Shown one piece after another: positions 36,097-45,838 of a DNA stretch of 62,137 bases. Under the pieces are notes generated by a model that saw only the letters and a program-made list of their open reading frames with translations, ran no database searches and was not told the DNA's origin. This stretch comes from Spirochaetia bacterium (GTDB lineage: Bacteria; Spirochaetota; Spirochaetia; CADAEX01): assembly GCA_017535435.1 (NCBI GenBank), contig JAFXTY010000049.1:1-62137 (forward strand), read 5' to 3'. Within the stretch, counting starts at the first letter, position 1. Each line of letters opens with the position of its first letter. The position numbers were made by a program, and so were the translations under genes.

Positions 36097-38148
36097 ATGA
36101 AAATGAAGAAACTAACATTTACCTGTTTGATGCTTTTCATAGCATTGAGCCTGTTTGCCGGCGGTAAAGGCGAAAAGGCCTCAGGCAGCGCAAGTAAAGC
36201 TTCTAAATCCAACAGCAGCGCTCCTACAATCGCAGACATGAAGGGAATACCTGAAGGAAAATACAAAGGACAGTATGACCTTGCAGAGTATGAAAAACTG
36301 AGCGGCAAAAAGCTTGAGTTCAAGCAGAACCCGATCTTTGACAACGCTGGACTTCCACCGGTAGCAGACAGACTGCCAAAGGACGTTCTTGTTCTTCCTC
36401 CATACAATGATATCGGAAAATATGGCGGAACATACAGAGCTATGTCCAGAGGACCTGAGTCTGGAACATCAGAAGTTCTTTCCATACGCCATGTAAACCT
36501 GGTAAGGATGACAGATGACCTTAAGGCTATTGTTCCAGATATTGCAAAAGATTATGAATGGAACAGCGACTTCACAGAGCTTACATTCCATCTGAGAGAA
36601 GGACACAAGTGGTCTGACGGTGAGCCTTTCACAACAGAAGATATCCGCTTCTGGTGGGAAGACATCAAACTTAACAAAGAGCTTACAGGAAAAGTAAACA
36701 GCTTGTTCAGATTCGGCGGAGAGCCTATGAAGGTTACAGTTGTAGACAAATACACTGTAAAGTTCGGATTCAGCGTACCAGCTCCTGGATTCCTGCTCAT
36801 GCTTGCAAGCTACTACTGCCAGCCATTCCAGCCAAAGCATGTTCTTATGAAATATCATAAGAAATACAATCCAGATGTAGACAAACTGGCCGCTTCCTTA
36901 GGATTCGAGAACTGGGTAATGCTTTTCGGCGTTTATTATAACGACTGGAAAGACTGTGTTCATTGCCTGTCCGGCAAGCTCCCTGTTGCTGTACCGACAC
37001 TGGAATCCCATGTTCTGGTTGAGGAGACAACAGAGCACAGACTGTTCAAAGCCAACCCATTCTATCATATTGTAGATACAGCAGGAAACCAGCTTCCATA
37101 CACCAATGAGATTGATGAAGTATTCCACGAGGATCAGGAAATCATGACCCTTAAGGTATTGAACGGCGAAGTTGACCGCAAGAACCAGGGTATGAGCCTG
37201 CAGCAGTACACTGCTCTTAAAGAGAATGAATCAAAGGGACTGTATAAGGTTAAGCTTATCCAGAACGGCCTGACATCTGCAAAAACATTTGCTCTCAACC
37301 CGACCCACAAGGATCCAGTTCTCAGAGAGCTCTTCAACAATATCAAGTTCAAGCAGGCATTGTCACTGGCTCTGAACAGAGATGAGATCAACGAGATTGT
37401 TTACCTTGGAATCGGTACTCCAGCACAGTACACACCAGGTAACCCATTGACCTGTTCCTTCATCACACCAGAGATGACCAAATATATGGCAGAGTACAAT
37501 CCAGAGAAGTCAAAGGCTCTCCTGGATGAGATCGGCCTCAAGACTGGCAAGGACGGTTTCCGCCTGCGCCCAGATGGCAAGCCTCTGGTAATCTATGCAA
37601 CATTCACAACTCAGGGCTCACCTGCAATCATGGTTGAGATGCTTAAAGAGTATTGGGATGCTATCGGTGTAAGAACAGAGATCAAGGAAGTAAACACTGA
37701 CCTGTATAAGCAGCTTCTGGCTAACAATGACCATGATATCGGAATATTCTCTCCTACAACAACTGAGATTTCAAGTTTCTACAACAGAGAGTATTCTCCA
37801 TTCATTCCTGAGTTCGGAGACTCATTCGGCTGCGGAGTTGAATGGCTGAATTGGTACAATACCAACGGAAAGGAAGGCATGGAGCCACCTAAGGATGTAA
37901 AGAAACTCTTTAACCTGTATGAGAAGTTCCTGACAACTGAGTTCGGTACTCCGGAATATTACAAACTGGCTGGACAGATGTCAGAAATTGTAGTTAAGAA
38001 CCTGTTCCTGATCGGTACAGTTTATGACCTCAAGGGACCAATAGTAGTTGGATCCAGACTTAAGAACGCAATCGATCCTGCTATGAAGGGATACACATAC
38101 TACTACGAATATTCAATAAAACCATGTCAGTGGTACCTTGAACAGTAA
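36097..38148 (+). CDS. ABC transporter substrate-binding protein, family 5
   Basis: LFAGG signal, LPPVADRLP, LREGHKWSDGEPFTTED, GNQLPY. Confidence 0.9.
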   Translation: MKMKKLTFTCLMLFIALSLFAGGKGEKASGSASKASKSNSSAPTIADMKGIPEGKYKGQYDLAEYEKLSGKKLEFKQNPIFDNAGLPPVADRLPKDVLVLPPYNDIGKYGGTYRAMSRGPESGTSEVLSIRHVNLVRMTDDLKAIVPDIAKDYEWNSDFTELTFHLREGHKWSDGEPFTTEDIRFWWEDIKLNKELTGKVNSLFRFGGEPMKVTVVDKYTVKFGFSVPAPGFLLMLASYYCQPFQPKHVLMKYHKKYNPDVDKLAASLGFENWVMLFGVYYNDWKDCVHCLSGKLPVAVPTLESHVLVEETTEHRLFKANPFYHIVDTAGNQLPYTNEIDEVFHEDQEIMTLKVLNGEVDRKNQGMSLQQYTALKENESKGLYKVKLIQNGLTSAKTFALNPTHKDPVLRELFNNIKFKQALSLALNRDEINEIVYLGIGTPAQYTPGNPLTCSFITPEMTKYMAEYNPEKSKALLDEIGLKTGKDGFRLRPDGKPLVIYATFTTQGSPAIMVEMLKEYWDAIGVRTEIKEVNTDLYKQLLANNDHDIGIFSPTTTEISSFYNREYSPFIPEFGDSFGCGVEWLNWYNTNGKEGMEPPKDVKKLFNLYEKFLTTEFGTPEYYKLAGQMSEIVVKNLFLIGTVYDLKGPIVVGSRLKNAIDPAMKGYTYYYEYSIKPCQWYLEQ

Positions 38149-38157
38149 TTATCTTCC

Positions 38158-38189
38158 GCTGCACTGCCCACCGGCAGTGCAGCCTTTTT
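38158..38189 (+). terminator. Intra-operon hairpin (mRNA stabiliser or partial terminator)
   Basis: GCTGCACTGCC-cacc-GGCAGTGCAGC-cTTTTT after the binding-protein gene. Confidence 0.7.
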
Positions 38190-38190
38190 A

Positions 38191-39198
38191 ATGGAGATAT
38201 TGATGGTAAATTTCATTCTTAAAAAACTTTTATCGACATTAATCACAATATTCTTTGTTTCCATAGTTGTATTTATAATAATAGAGTTACCCCCAGGAGA
38301 CTTTACAGACAGTTTTGCGGCAGGACGGTCAGATCAAGGCGAAGTGGTCTCTAAGGCTGAAATAGAGAACATGAGAGCACTATATGGATTGGACCGGCCG
38401 GTACATGAACGATATTTCAAATGGATATGGGGCATAGTAAGCCGCGGAGACTTTGGAATATCTTTCAGGTATAAAAGCCCGGTTCTGTTTGTGATCGGTG
38501 AAAGAATATCCTTTACAACTTATCTTGCTCTCCTGACCATGCTTTTTACATATCTGATAGCCATACCTATAGGAATCTATTCTGCCATGCGGCAGTATAC
38601 TTTAGGAGATTATTTCTTCACATTCGCCGGATATCTTGGACTTTCTATTCCATCTTTCCTGCTGGCATTGCTTCTCCTATACTTCAGCACAAAGTATACC
38701 CATACCACTGTAGGTGGCCTCTTCTCGCCGGAATTCAAGAATGCGGCCTGGAGCATGGCAAAGGTAGTGGACATGCTCAAGCATATCTGGGTTGCTGCTG
38801 TAGTTCTGGCTGTGGCAGGAACTGCAAAGGTAATAAGAACCTTGCGCGCCACACTGCTGGATGAGAAAAGCAAGCTGTATGTGACAGCTGCTAAGGCCAG
38901 AGGTGTATCGGGAAATGCCCTGATTATGAAATACCCTGTCAGAGCTGCAATGAACCCCATTGCCAGTACCCTTGGCTGGGAACTTTCATATGTAATTTCC
39001 GGTTCCCCTATTGTAGCAGTTGTCCTCTCTATCCCAGACATGGGACCGCTATATCTTACAGCTCTCTTAAGCCAGGACATGTACCTTGCAGGAACGCTGC
39101 TTATCTTTATGAGCCTGATGACAATTATCGGAACCTTTGTTTCTGATATCCTTCTTGCCATCTTGGATCCAAGAATCAGACTGGGGATAAAGATATGA
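38191..39198 (+). CDS. ABC permease (DppB/OppB-like)
   Basis: PPGD, YGLD, GDFG.S, AKARG, DPRIR. Confidence 0.9.
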   Translation: MEILMVNFILKKLLSTLITIFFVSIVVFIIIELPPGDFTDSFAAGRSDQGEVVSKAEIENMRALYGLDRPVHERYFKWIWGIVSRGDFGISFRYKSPVLFVIGERISFTTYLALLTMLFTYLIAIPIGIYSAMRQYTLGDYFFTFAGYLGLSIPSFLLALLLLYFSTKYTHTTVGGLFSPEFKNAAWSMAKVVDMLKHIWVAAVVLAVAGTAKVIRTLRATLLDEKSKLYVTAAKARGVSGNALIMKYPVRAAMNPIASTLGWELSYVISGSPIVAVVLSIPDMGPLYLTALLSQDMYLAGTLLIFMSLMTIIGTFVSDILLAILDPRIRLGIKI

Positions 39199-40310
39199 AG
39201 ATACAAGACGATAATTCAAAAATCAAATATTATACCGCGTCCCAATGGCAGCTCATCTGGTGGAGATTCCGCAAACACAGACTTTCAATCGTCGGAATAA
39301 CAATTCTTTCTATATTCCTCATATTTGCCCTGTTCCCTGAATTCTTTGCCCCCTATGGCCCCACCCAGAGAAATGGGGAAAATGTATTCTGCCCTCCTTC
39401 AAAAGTAGTATTCAAAAACGAAGATGGAAAATTCTCTCCTGTTCCACATGTCTATGGCTTCAAAAGAGAAAGGAACAAGGAAACCCTCAAGATGGAATAT
39501 GTGGTTGATGAGACCAATATGCAGCCGCTTAAATTCTTTGTGAAAGGGGAAAAGTATAAGCTTTTCGGAATCCTGCCAGGTTCCATTCATATCTATGGTG
39601 TGGAGAAAGGATTTGTCCACCTGTGGGGAACTGATAACATGGCCAGGGATGTTTTCTCCCGTACTATATTTGCCACCAGGAGTTCTCTCTCCATCGGTGT
39701 CCTGGGTCTTTTCATCGCATTTGTAATTGGCCTTGTCATAGGTGGTATTTCGGGCTACTTCGGAGGATGGGTAGATAACTTCATCCAGCGCCTGACCGAA
39801 TTCATACGTTCTATTCCTACCTATCCGCTGTGGATGGGTGTTGCGGCCGCCATGCCCAAGGAATGGAGCCCCAAGACAGTTTACTTCATGATGACCATAA
39901 TCCTGGGATTTATCGGCTGGACCACCCTGGCCCGCCGTATAAGAAGCCAGATCATATCTATCCGGGAAGCAGACTTCATAATAGCTGCAAAGCTGTGTGG
40001 AGCCAGTGACATGCGCATTATATTCAAGCATATGATACCTACTTTCATAAGCTATATCATAGTTGACCTGACTATATCGTTCCCTAACATGATATTGAGC
40101 GAGACCTCCCTGAGCTTCCTGGGCTTGGGCCTCAGACCGCCGGTGACCAGCTGGGGAGTTCTGCTTAAGGCGGCACAGAATATAGATACTATAATGAGCA
40201 GCCCATGGATGCTTATTCCTTCTATCTTTGTAATACTTGCAGTTCTCTCATTCAGCTTTGTAGGCGACGGACTCAGAGATGCTGCCGACCCTTATTCAGA
40301 AAAGTCTTGA
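39195..40310 (+). CDS. ABC permease (DppC/OppC-like)
   Basis: WGTDNMARD, LSFLGLG, GDGLRDAADP. Confidence 0.9.
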   Translation: MKIQDDNSKIKYYTASQWQLIWWRFRKHRLSIVGITILSIFLIFALFPEFFAPYGPTQRNGENVFCPPSKVVFKNEDGKFSPVPHVYGFKRERNKETLKMEYVVDETNMQPLKFFVKGEKYKLFGILPGSIHIYGVEKGFVHLWGTDNMARDVFSRTIFATRSSLSIGVLGLFIAFVIGLVIGGISGYFGGWVDNFIQRLTEFIRSIPTYPLWMGVAAAMPKEWSPKTVYFMMTIILGFIGWTTLARRIRSQIISIREADFIIAAKLCGASDMRIIFKHMIPTFISYIIVDLTISFPNMILSETSLSFLGLGLRPPVTSWGVLLKAAQNIDTIMSSPWMLIPSIFVILAVLSFSFVGDGLRDAADPYSEKS

Positions 40311-40318
40311 GGTGAATT

Positions 40319-41326
40319 ATGGATGAAAAAACACTGCTTGAAGTAAAAGATTTATCAGTATATTTCAACCTTAGGGAAGGTGTATTGAAGGCTGTCGATG
40401 GAGTAAGCTTCAACGTTGACAGAAATTCGACTGTGGGAATTGTAGGAGAAAGCGGATCCGGGAAAAGTGTGACAGCCCAGGCCTTCATGCGAATTCTGCC
40501 CGAGACAGCAGAGATAAAGACCGGTGAGATCAACTATTATAAAGATCCTGACAATCCTATAAAAATTCATGCTCTTCCCGACAGAAGCCCTATCCTAAGC
40601 AATATCAGAGGCAAAGAGATAAGCATGATATTCCAAGAGCCTATGAGCGCCTTCTCGCCGCTCCACACCATAGGACATCAGATGATCGAATGCCTTATGC
40701 TCCACACCCCCATGACAAAGCAGGAGGCCCGAGAGCGGTCGATAGAGATGCTGGCAAAGGTGGGAATATCGAATCCGGATAAGCGTATAGACCAGTACTC
40801 CTTTGAGCTGTCCGGCGGTATGCGGCAGAGAGCCATGATCGCAATTGCCCTCTCCACAAATCCTTCCATAGTCATAGCTGATGAGCCCACCACATCCTTG
40901 GACGTGACAATACAGGCACAGATACTTAAGCTTATGAAGGATATGCAGGAAGAGTTCAACATGAGCATCATCTTCATAACCCATAACCTGGGTGTAATTG
41001 CCCAGATGGCAGATATGATACAGGTTATGTACCTGGGCAAGATAATGGAAGCCGGAACTGCCGAGGAGATTTTCTACGAGCCCCGGCATCCTTATACCAT
41101 CAACCTGCTCAAGGCTATACCGAAGATAGGAAGCCATGTGAACAGCAGACTGGAAGCAATACCAGGCCAGATACCTGGTCCGTTTGATGTCCAGAAAGGG
41201 TGCAAGTTCTGCACCAGGTGCCCTTCGATGATAAAAGGACTGTGCGACCTCAGGACCCCTGATATCAAAAAGTACTCAGACACACACAGCGTATACTGCT
41301 GGAGATGCCTTGAACAGGAGAAATAG
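40319..41326 (+). CDS. ABC ATPase (DppD/OppD-like)
   Basis: GESGSGKS, LSGGMRQR, ADEPT, C-terminal Cys cluster. Confidence 0.92.
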   Translation: MDEKTLLEVKDLSVYFNLREGVLKAVDGVSFNVDRNSTVGIVGESGSGKSVTAQAFMRILPETAEIKTGEINYYKDPDNPIKIHALPDRSPILSNIRGKEISMIFQEPMSAFSPLHTIGHQMIECLMLHTPMTKQEARERSIEMLAKVGISNPDKRIDQYSFELSGGMRQRAMIAIALSTNPSIVIADEPTTSLDVTIQAQILKLMKDMQEEFNMSIIFITHNLGVIAQMADMIQVMYLGKIMEAGTAEEIFYEPRHPYTINLLKAIPKIGSHVNSRLEAIPGQIPGPFDVQKGCKFCTRCPSMIKGLCDLRTPDIKKYSDTHSVYCWRCLEQEK

Positions 41327-41328
41327 AT

Positions 41329-42339
41329 ATGGAAGACAACATTCTTGTGGTAAAAAACTTAAGCAAAGAATTTCCTATTTATAAAGGTTTTCTCAGAAAA
41401 AGCACCATGTCTGTAAAGGCTGTGAACAATGTCTCCTTCGAGATAAAACGGGGCGAGACTCTGGGGCTTGTGGGCGAGAGTGGCTCGGGAAAGACCACAT
41501 TGGGGCGTCTTATTCTGCGTGCTATAGAGCCTACCTCCGGAGAAGTGATTTATAATTTCTCCGATGAGAATCAGGTGGATTTCCTTAAGCTGAACAAAAA
41601 GCAGCTGAAGAAAACCAGGACAAAGATTCAGATGGTATTCCAGGATCCATACTCATCTTTGAATCCAAGAATGACAGTCCGGGATATAATTGCAGAGACT
41701 CTGGTGGCAAACAAGACCATGAGCCGAAATGAGATTGATGAACGGGTCCGGGAAATTGCAGATCTCTGTAAGCTTAACCTGGAGCATTTAAGGCGTTTCC
41801 CCCACGCCTTCTCCGGCGGCCAGCGCCAAAGAATCGGCATAGCCAGAGCACTGGCCGTAAACCCGGAGTTTGTAGTGTGTGATGAATCAGTATCGGCCCT
41901 TGATGTGTCGGTTCAGGCCGAAATCATCAACCTGTTCAAGGAGATGCAGGCAATCAAGGACATCACCTACCTTTTCATTGCCCATGACCTGAGCATCGTA
42001 GAGCATATAAGCGACAGAATCATTGTAATGTACCTGGGGCAGATTGTGGAAGAAGCCGACAAGAGGACTCTGTTCGAGAACCCGATGCATCCATACACCG
42101 AGGCACTTATGTCTGCAATCCCGGAGCCTGATCTACTCCGCAAGATGGCACCTATCTTCCTGGAGGGTGAGATTCCGAACCCTATGAACCTTCCTACAGG
42201 ATGCTATTTCCACCCGAGGTGCCACTATGCAACAGAGAAGTGCAGGAAGGAAATGCCCTGCATGCGCTGTTTCGGCAACCACAAGGTGGCCTGTCATCGT
42301 GCAGAAGAACTTCATTTAAAGCAATACATTAAATATTAA
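41329..42339 (+). CDS. ABC ATPase (DppF/OppF-like)
   Basis: [23 protein letters not shown]. Confidence 0.92.
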   Translation: MEDNILVVKNLSKEFPIYKGFLRKSTMSVKAVNNVSFEIKRGETLGLVGESGSGKTTLGRLILRAIEPTSGEVIYNFSDENQVDFLKLNKKQLKKTRTKIQMVFQDPYSSLNPRMTVRDIIAETLVANKTMSRNEIDERVREIADLCKLNLEHLRRFPHAFSGGQRQRIGIARALAVNPEFVVCDESVSALDVSVQAEIINLFKEMQAIKDITYLFIAHDLSIVEHISDRIIVMYLGQIVEEADKRTLFENPMHPYTEALMSAIPEPDLLRKMAPIFLEGEIPNPMNLPTGCYFHPRCHYATEKCRKEMPCMRCFGNHKVACHRAEELHLKQYIKY

Positions 42340-42357
42340 ACAACTCTGGAGTGAAAA

Positions 42358-43254
42358 ATGGAAAACAATCTTAAGAATTTGCGTTTTGTTCCCTGCTACG
42401 ATGGTTTTCTTTCTGGCAATAAATCTGCCTCTGAGATTATCGACATCTGTAAGACTTCCGGTTTCTACGGAATCGAAGGACATGCTGAATACGGCATATT
42501 CAACGGCACCATAGAAGAACTTACCAAGACAGGAGAGGCTTTCAAGGCTGCCGGACTTTCTTTGGACACATATCATCTTCCATGGGAAGACAAGGAACTG
42601 GACGATATCTCTAACCTCTATGAATGCGACCGCCGCAGAGTTGTTGAAAAAGCAAAGCGGTGGATAGAGAAGGCTGTGGCTGTGGGCAGCTCCATCGGAA
42701 TAATGCATCCATGCAACCGCCGCCGCCATAACGGACTCCTCTGCTACGATGTAGCAGTCGAAGGTGAAGACCGCATTTTCGGGCAGGTTCATAAATCCCT
42801 TCAGGATCTCTTGAAGTTCTGCGAGCAGTTCAATTTCAAGATTGCAGTTGAGAACTTTGTTCCATATTCCGGTGGTATGCTTGGAAGCCGTAACGAACAT
42901 ATGACCAGGATATACGAGGAGAACAAGCACCCTCTATTAGGTTTCTGTCTTGATACAGGCCATGCCCTTATGGCATACGGGAAAGATGTGATGAGCGCTT
43001 ACTATGCTATGGAAGAGCATATAATTGCATTCCACCTGGCAGACAATGCCGGAGACAGAGATTCCCATATCCTTCCTGGTCATGGCAACTTCCCATGGGG
43101 TGACTTCTTCAAGGCTCTGAACAAACGGGGATTCACAGGCAATGTCTGCGTAGAGACTCCTCCCTTTGACATAGGGCCAAACTACTCAATGGAAGCATGG
43201 TGCAAGATGTTCAGAGAACTTAATGAACTGGTGGAGAAATCCCTGGAGGAATAA
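42358..43254 (+). CDS. Sugar-phosphate isomerase/epimerase (xylose isomerase-like TIM barrel), paralogue 1
   Basis: AVEN, LDTGH, HLADN, DSH..PGHG, VE metal ligands. Confidence 0.85.
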   Translation: MENNLKNLRFVPCYDGFLSGNKSASEIIDICKTSGFYGIEGHAEYGIFNGTIEELTKTGEAFKAAGLSLDTYHLPWEDKELDDISNLYECDRRRVVEKAKRWIEKAVAVGSSIGIMHPCNRRRHNGLLCYDVAVEGEDRIFGQVHKSLQDLLKFCEQFNFKIAVENFVPYSGGMLGSRNEHMTRIYEENKHPLLGFCLDTGHALMAYGKDVMSAYYAMEEHIIAFHLADNAGDRDSHILPGHGNFPWGDFFKALNKRGFTGNVCVETPPFDIGPNYSMEAWCKMFRELNELVEKSLEE

Positions 43255-44154
43255 TTGGAAAACAACATTAAGAATTTACACTTTGTACCATCCTATGATA
43301 CAGGCGTCATGCAGTCCAAAACCACTCCCGAGGAAATAATTGAGCTGTGTCTTAAAGCAGGCTTCTACGGAATAGAAGGAATTTCTGGAGAAGGTTTTTT
43401 CAATGGATCTATCGAGGAAGTCACCAAGATCGGCGAAGCCTTCAAGGCGGCAGGCCTTTCCATAGGCACGTTCCATCTTCCGTACAGTCATGCAGAGATG
43501 AATGATATAGCAAACCTGTATGAATGCGACCGCAGAAGAGTTGTGGAGAACGTAAAGAGATGGATTGAGAAAGCTGTTGCAGCAGGAAGCTCCATAGGAA
43601 TAATCCACCCTTGTTCACGCCGCCGCTGGAACGGTCTTGAGAGCTATGACGTCAAGATTGAAGGCGAGGACAGACTTTTCGGCCAGGTGAGCAAATCGCT
43701 CCAGGAGCTTTTAAAATTCGGAGAGCAGTTCGGTTTCAAGATTGCAGTGGAGAATATAGAGCCATACGGAGGCTGCATGCTGGGACACCGGGGAGAGCAC
43801 CTCAAGAGAATTTACCAGGAGAACAAGCACCCCAACCTGGGTTTCTGCCTTGATACAGGACACGCACTTATGGCATATGGATATGATGTGATGGATCTTT
43901 ATCATGATATGGAGGAACACCTTATAGCCTTCCATCTGGCTGACAACGCAGGCGACCGGGATTCTCATATCCTGCCGGGACATGGCAACTTCCCCTGGGG
44001 TGACTTCTTCAAAGCTCTTAATAAACGGGGATTCAAAGGCAATGTATGTGTAGAGGCGCCACCCTTCGACATAGGTCCTAAATATTCCGATGAATCCTGG
44101 TGCCAGATGTTCAGGGAAATGAATGAACTAGTTGAAAAATCTCTGGAGAATTAA
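43255..44154 (+). CDS. TIM-barrel isomerase/epimerase, paralogue 2
   Basis: Same motifs; TTG start immediately after the paralogue-1 stop. Confidence 0.85.
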   Translation: MENNIKNLHFVPSYDTGVMQSKTTPEEIIELCLKAGFYGIEGISGEGFFNGSIEEVTKIGEAFKAAGLSIGTFHLPYSHAEMNDIANLYECDRRRVVENVKRWIEKAVAAGSSIGIIHPCSRRRWNGLESYDVKIEGEDRLFGQVSKSLQELLKFGEQFGFKIAVENIEPYGGCMLGHRGEHLKRIYQENKHPNLGFCLDTGHALMAYGYDVMDLYHDMEEHLIAFHLADNAGDRDSHILPGHGNFPWGDFFKALNKRGFKGNVCVEAPPFDIGPKYSDESWCQMFREMNELVEKSLEN

Positions 44155-44155
44155 C

Positions 44156-45055
44156 ATGGAAAACAGAATAAAGAATTTACACTTTTGTCCTTCGTATGAT
44201 GGCTTTGTCGCTGGTAACAAATCTGTATCCGAGACCATCGACATCTGCAGGAAAGCTGGATTCTATGGAATAGAAGGCTGGGCAGATCATGGATTTTTCA
44301 CAGGTTCCCTGAAGGATTTTACCAAACTGGGCGAAGCCTTCAAGGCGGCTGGACTGGTGATAAACACCTTTCATCTGCCGTATGAACAACCTGTTTTGGA
44401 TGATATTGCAACTTTGTACGAGCTGGACAGGACCAGGGTTGTAGAAAGGATGAAATATTGGATTGAGCGGGCTGCGGCATGCGGAGCCAAGATAGGTATT
44501 CTCCATCCTACTACCAGAGCGGCCATCAATGGTCTAAGCTGCTATGATGCTGATAAAGAGGGTCTGGACAAGCTTTGCGGACAGGCTAATAAATCGCTGC
44601 AGGCTATGCTTAAGTTTGGCGAGCAGTTCGGTTTCAAGATTGCAATCGAGAACATGCCGCCCCGTTCCGGTGGCCGGCTGGGCAGCAGGAATGAGCATAT
44701 GATAAAGCTGTATGAAGAGAACAAGCATCCCAATTTAGGCTTCTGTCTCGATACTGGACACGCCCTGTTATCATATGGAAAAGATGCAATGAAAGCCTAC
44801 TATGCTATGGAAGAACACCTTATCGCTTTCCACCTGGCCGATAATGCAGGGGACAGGGATTCTCACCTGCTGCCGGGGCATGGACACTTCCCATGGAACG
44901 ACTTCTTCAAGGCTCTTAATAAAAGAGGATTCAGCGATACTGTATGCGTAGAAACACCACCCTTCGACATCGGTCCTGATTTTTCAACAGATGCATGGTG
45001 CAACATGTTCAAGGAACTTAATGAGCTAGTCGATAAATCTTTTAAAGAGAATTAG
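44156..45055 (+). CDS. TIM-barrel isomerase/epimerase, paralogue 3
   Basis: Same motifs; start MENRIKNL aligns with the other two. Confidence 0.85.
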   Translation: MENRIKNLHFCPSYDGFVAGNKSVSETIDICRKAGFYGIEGWADHGFFTGSLKDFTKLGEAFKAAGLVINTFHLPYEQPVLDDIATLYELDRTRVVERMKYWIERAAACGAKIGILHPTTRAAINGLSCYDADKEGLDKLCGQANKSLQAMLKFGEQFGFKIAIENMPPRSGGRLGSRNEHMIKLYEENKHPNLGFCLDTGHALLSYGKDAMKAYYAMEEHLIAFHLADNAGDRDSHLLPGHGHFPWNDFFKALNKRGFSDTVCVETPPFDIGPDFSTDAWCNMFKELNELVDKSFKEN

Positions 45056-45083
45056 CAATAGTTAATTCTCCTAAGATTTGTTT

Positions 45084-45114
45084 CCCTCCTGTGTAAAAGC
45101 AGGAGGGTTTTTTT
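45084..45114 (+). terminator. Intrinsic terminator
   Basis: CCCTCCTG-N8-CAGGAGGG-T7. Confidence 0.8.
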
Positions 45115-45838
45115 ATCTGCGGCTGTCTCTGAACTCTATAGGGGTGAAACCTGTATATTTCTTGAACAGCCTGCCGAAGTAAGAAGGGTCGTCATATCCC
45201 ACTTTTTCTGAAACATCATAAGCTTTCTGCTCTGTCTCCAGAAGCATCTTCTTCGCTTCTTCCATCCGTATCCTGATAAGATAATCCCAGATGGTCACCC
45301 CTGTCTCTTTCTTGAAGATGTTGCAGAAATAATTCTTGCTCAGAGAGACATAGTTGGATATTTTATTCAGATTTATATCCTCTTGGAAATTCTTTTCGAT
45401 ATACTCACAGGCCAGCCTTACCGGCAGGGTATAATTGACAGAATCCCCATGCTCTGCCTGCTTTAAGTTCTGGTTGATATTTATAATCGCTTTATTGAGA
45501 AGATCCTTGAGCTCTGCCTCGTTGATAGGCTTAAGCAGATACCCGGTCACTCCGAAATCAAGCGCCTTCCTGGCATATTCAAAGGTACCATAAGCTGTAA
45601 GAATAATAATCTCGCAGTTGTAGCTGTTGGTCTTGATCCACTCTATAAGCTCAAAGCCGTCAATACCGGGCATCATTATATCGGTAAGGACAATATCGGG
45701 CATCTCCTGCTTGATCTTATCCATTGCCGCTACGGCACTCTCGGCATATTCCGGCACAATGTCAAAAGATTTCCAGTCTATAGTCGCCTTGACTATCTCG
45801 AAGCTGGTCGGTTCATCATCAATCATCAATAATCGCAT
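45113..45838 (-). CDS. Response regulator, REC plus AraC HTH (YesN-like)
   Basis: IDDE, TDIMMPG.DG, YLLKP; YFGRLFKKYTGFTP. Confidence 0.93.
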   Translation of the reverse strand: MRLLMIDDEPTSFEIVKATIDWKSFDIVPEYAESAVAAMDKIKQEMPDIVLTDIMMPGIDGFELIEWIKTNSYNCEIIILTAYGTFEYARKALDFGVTGYLLKPINEAELKDLLNKAIININQNLKQAEHGDSVNYTLPVRLACEYIEKNFQEDINLNKISNYVSLSKNYFCNIFKKETGVTIWDYLIRIRMEEAKKMLLETEQKAYDVSEKVGYDDPSYFGRLFKKYTGFTPIEFRDSRR

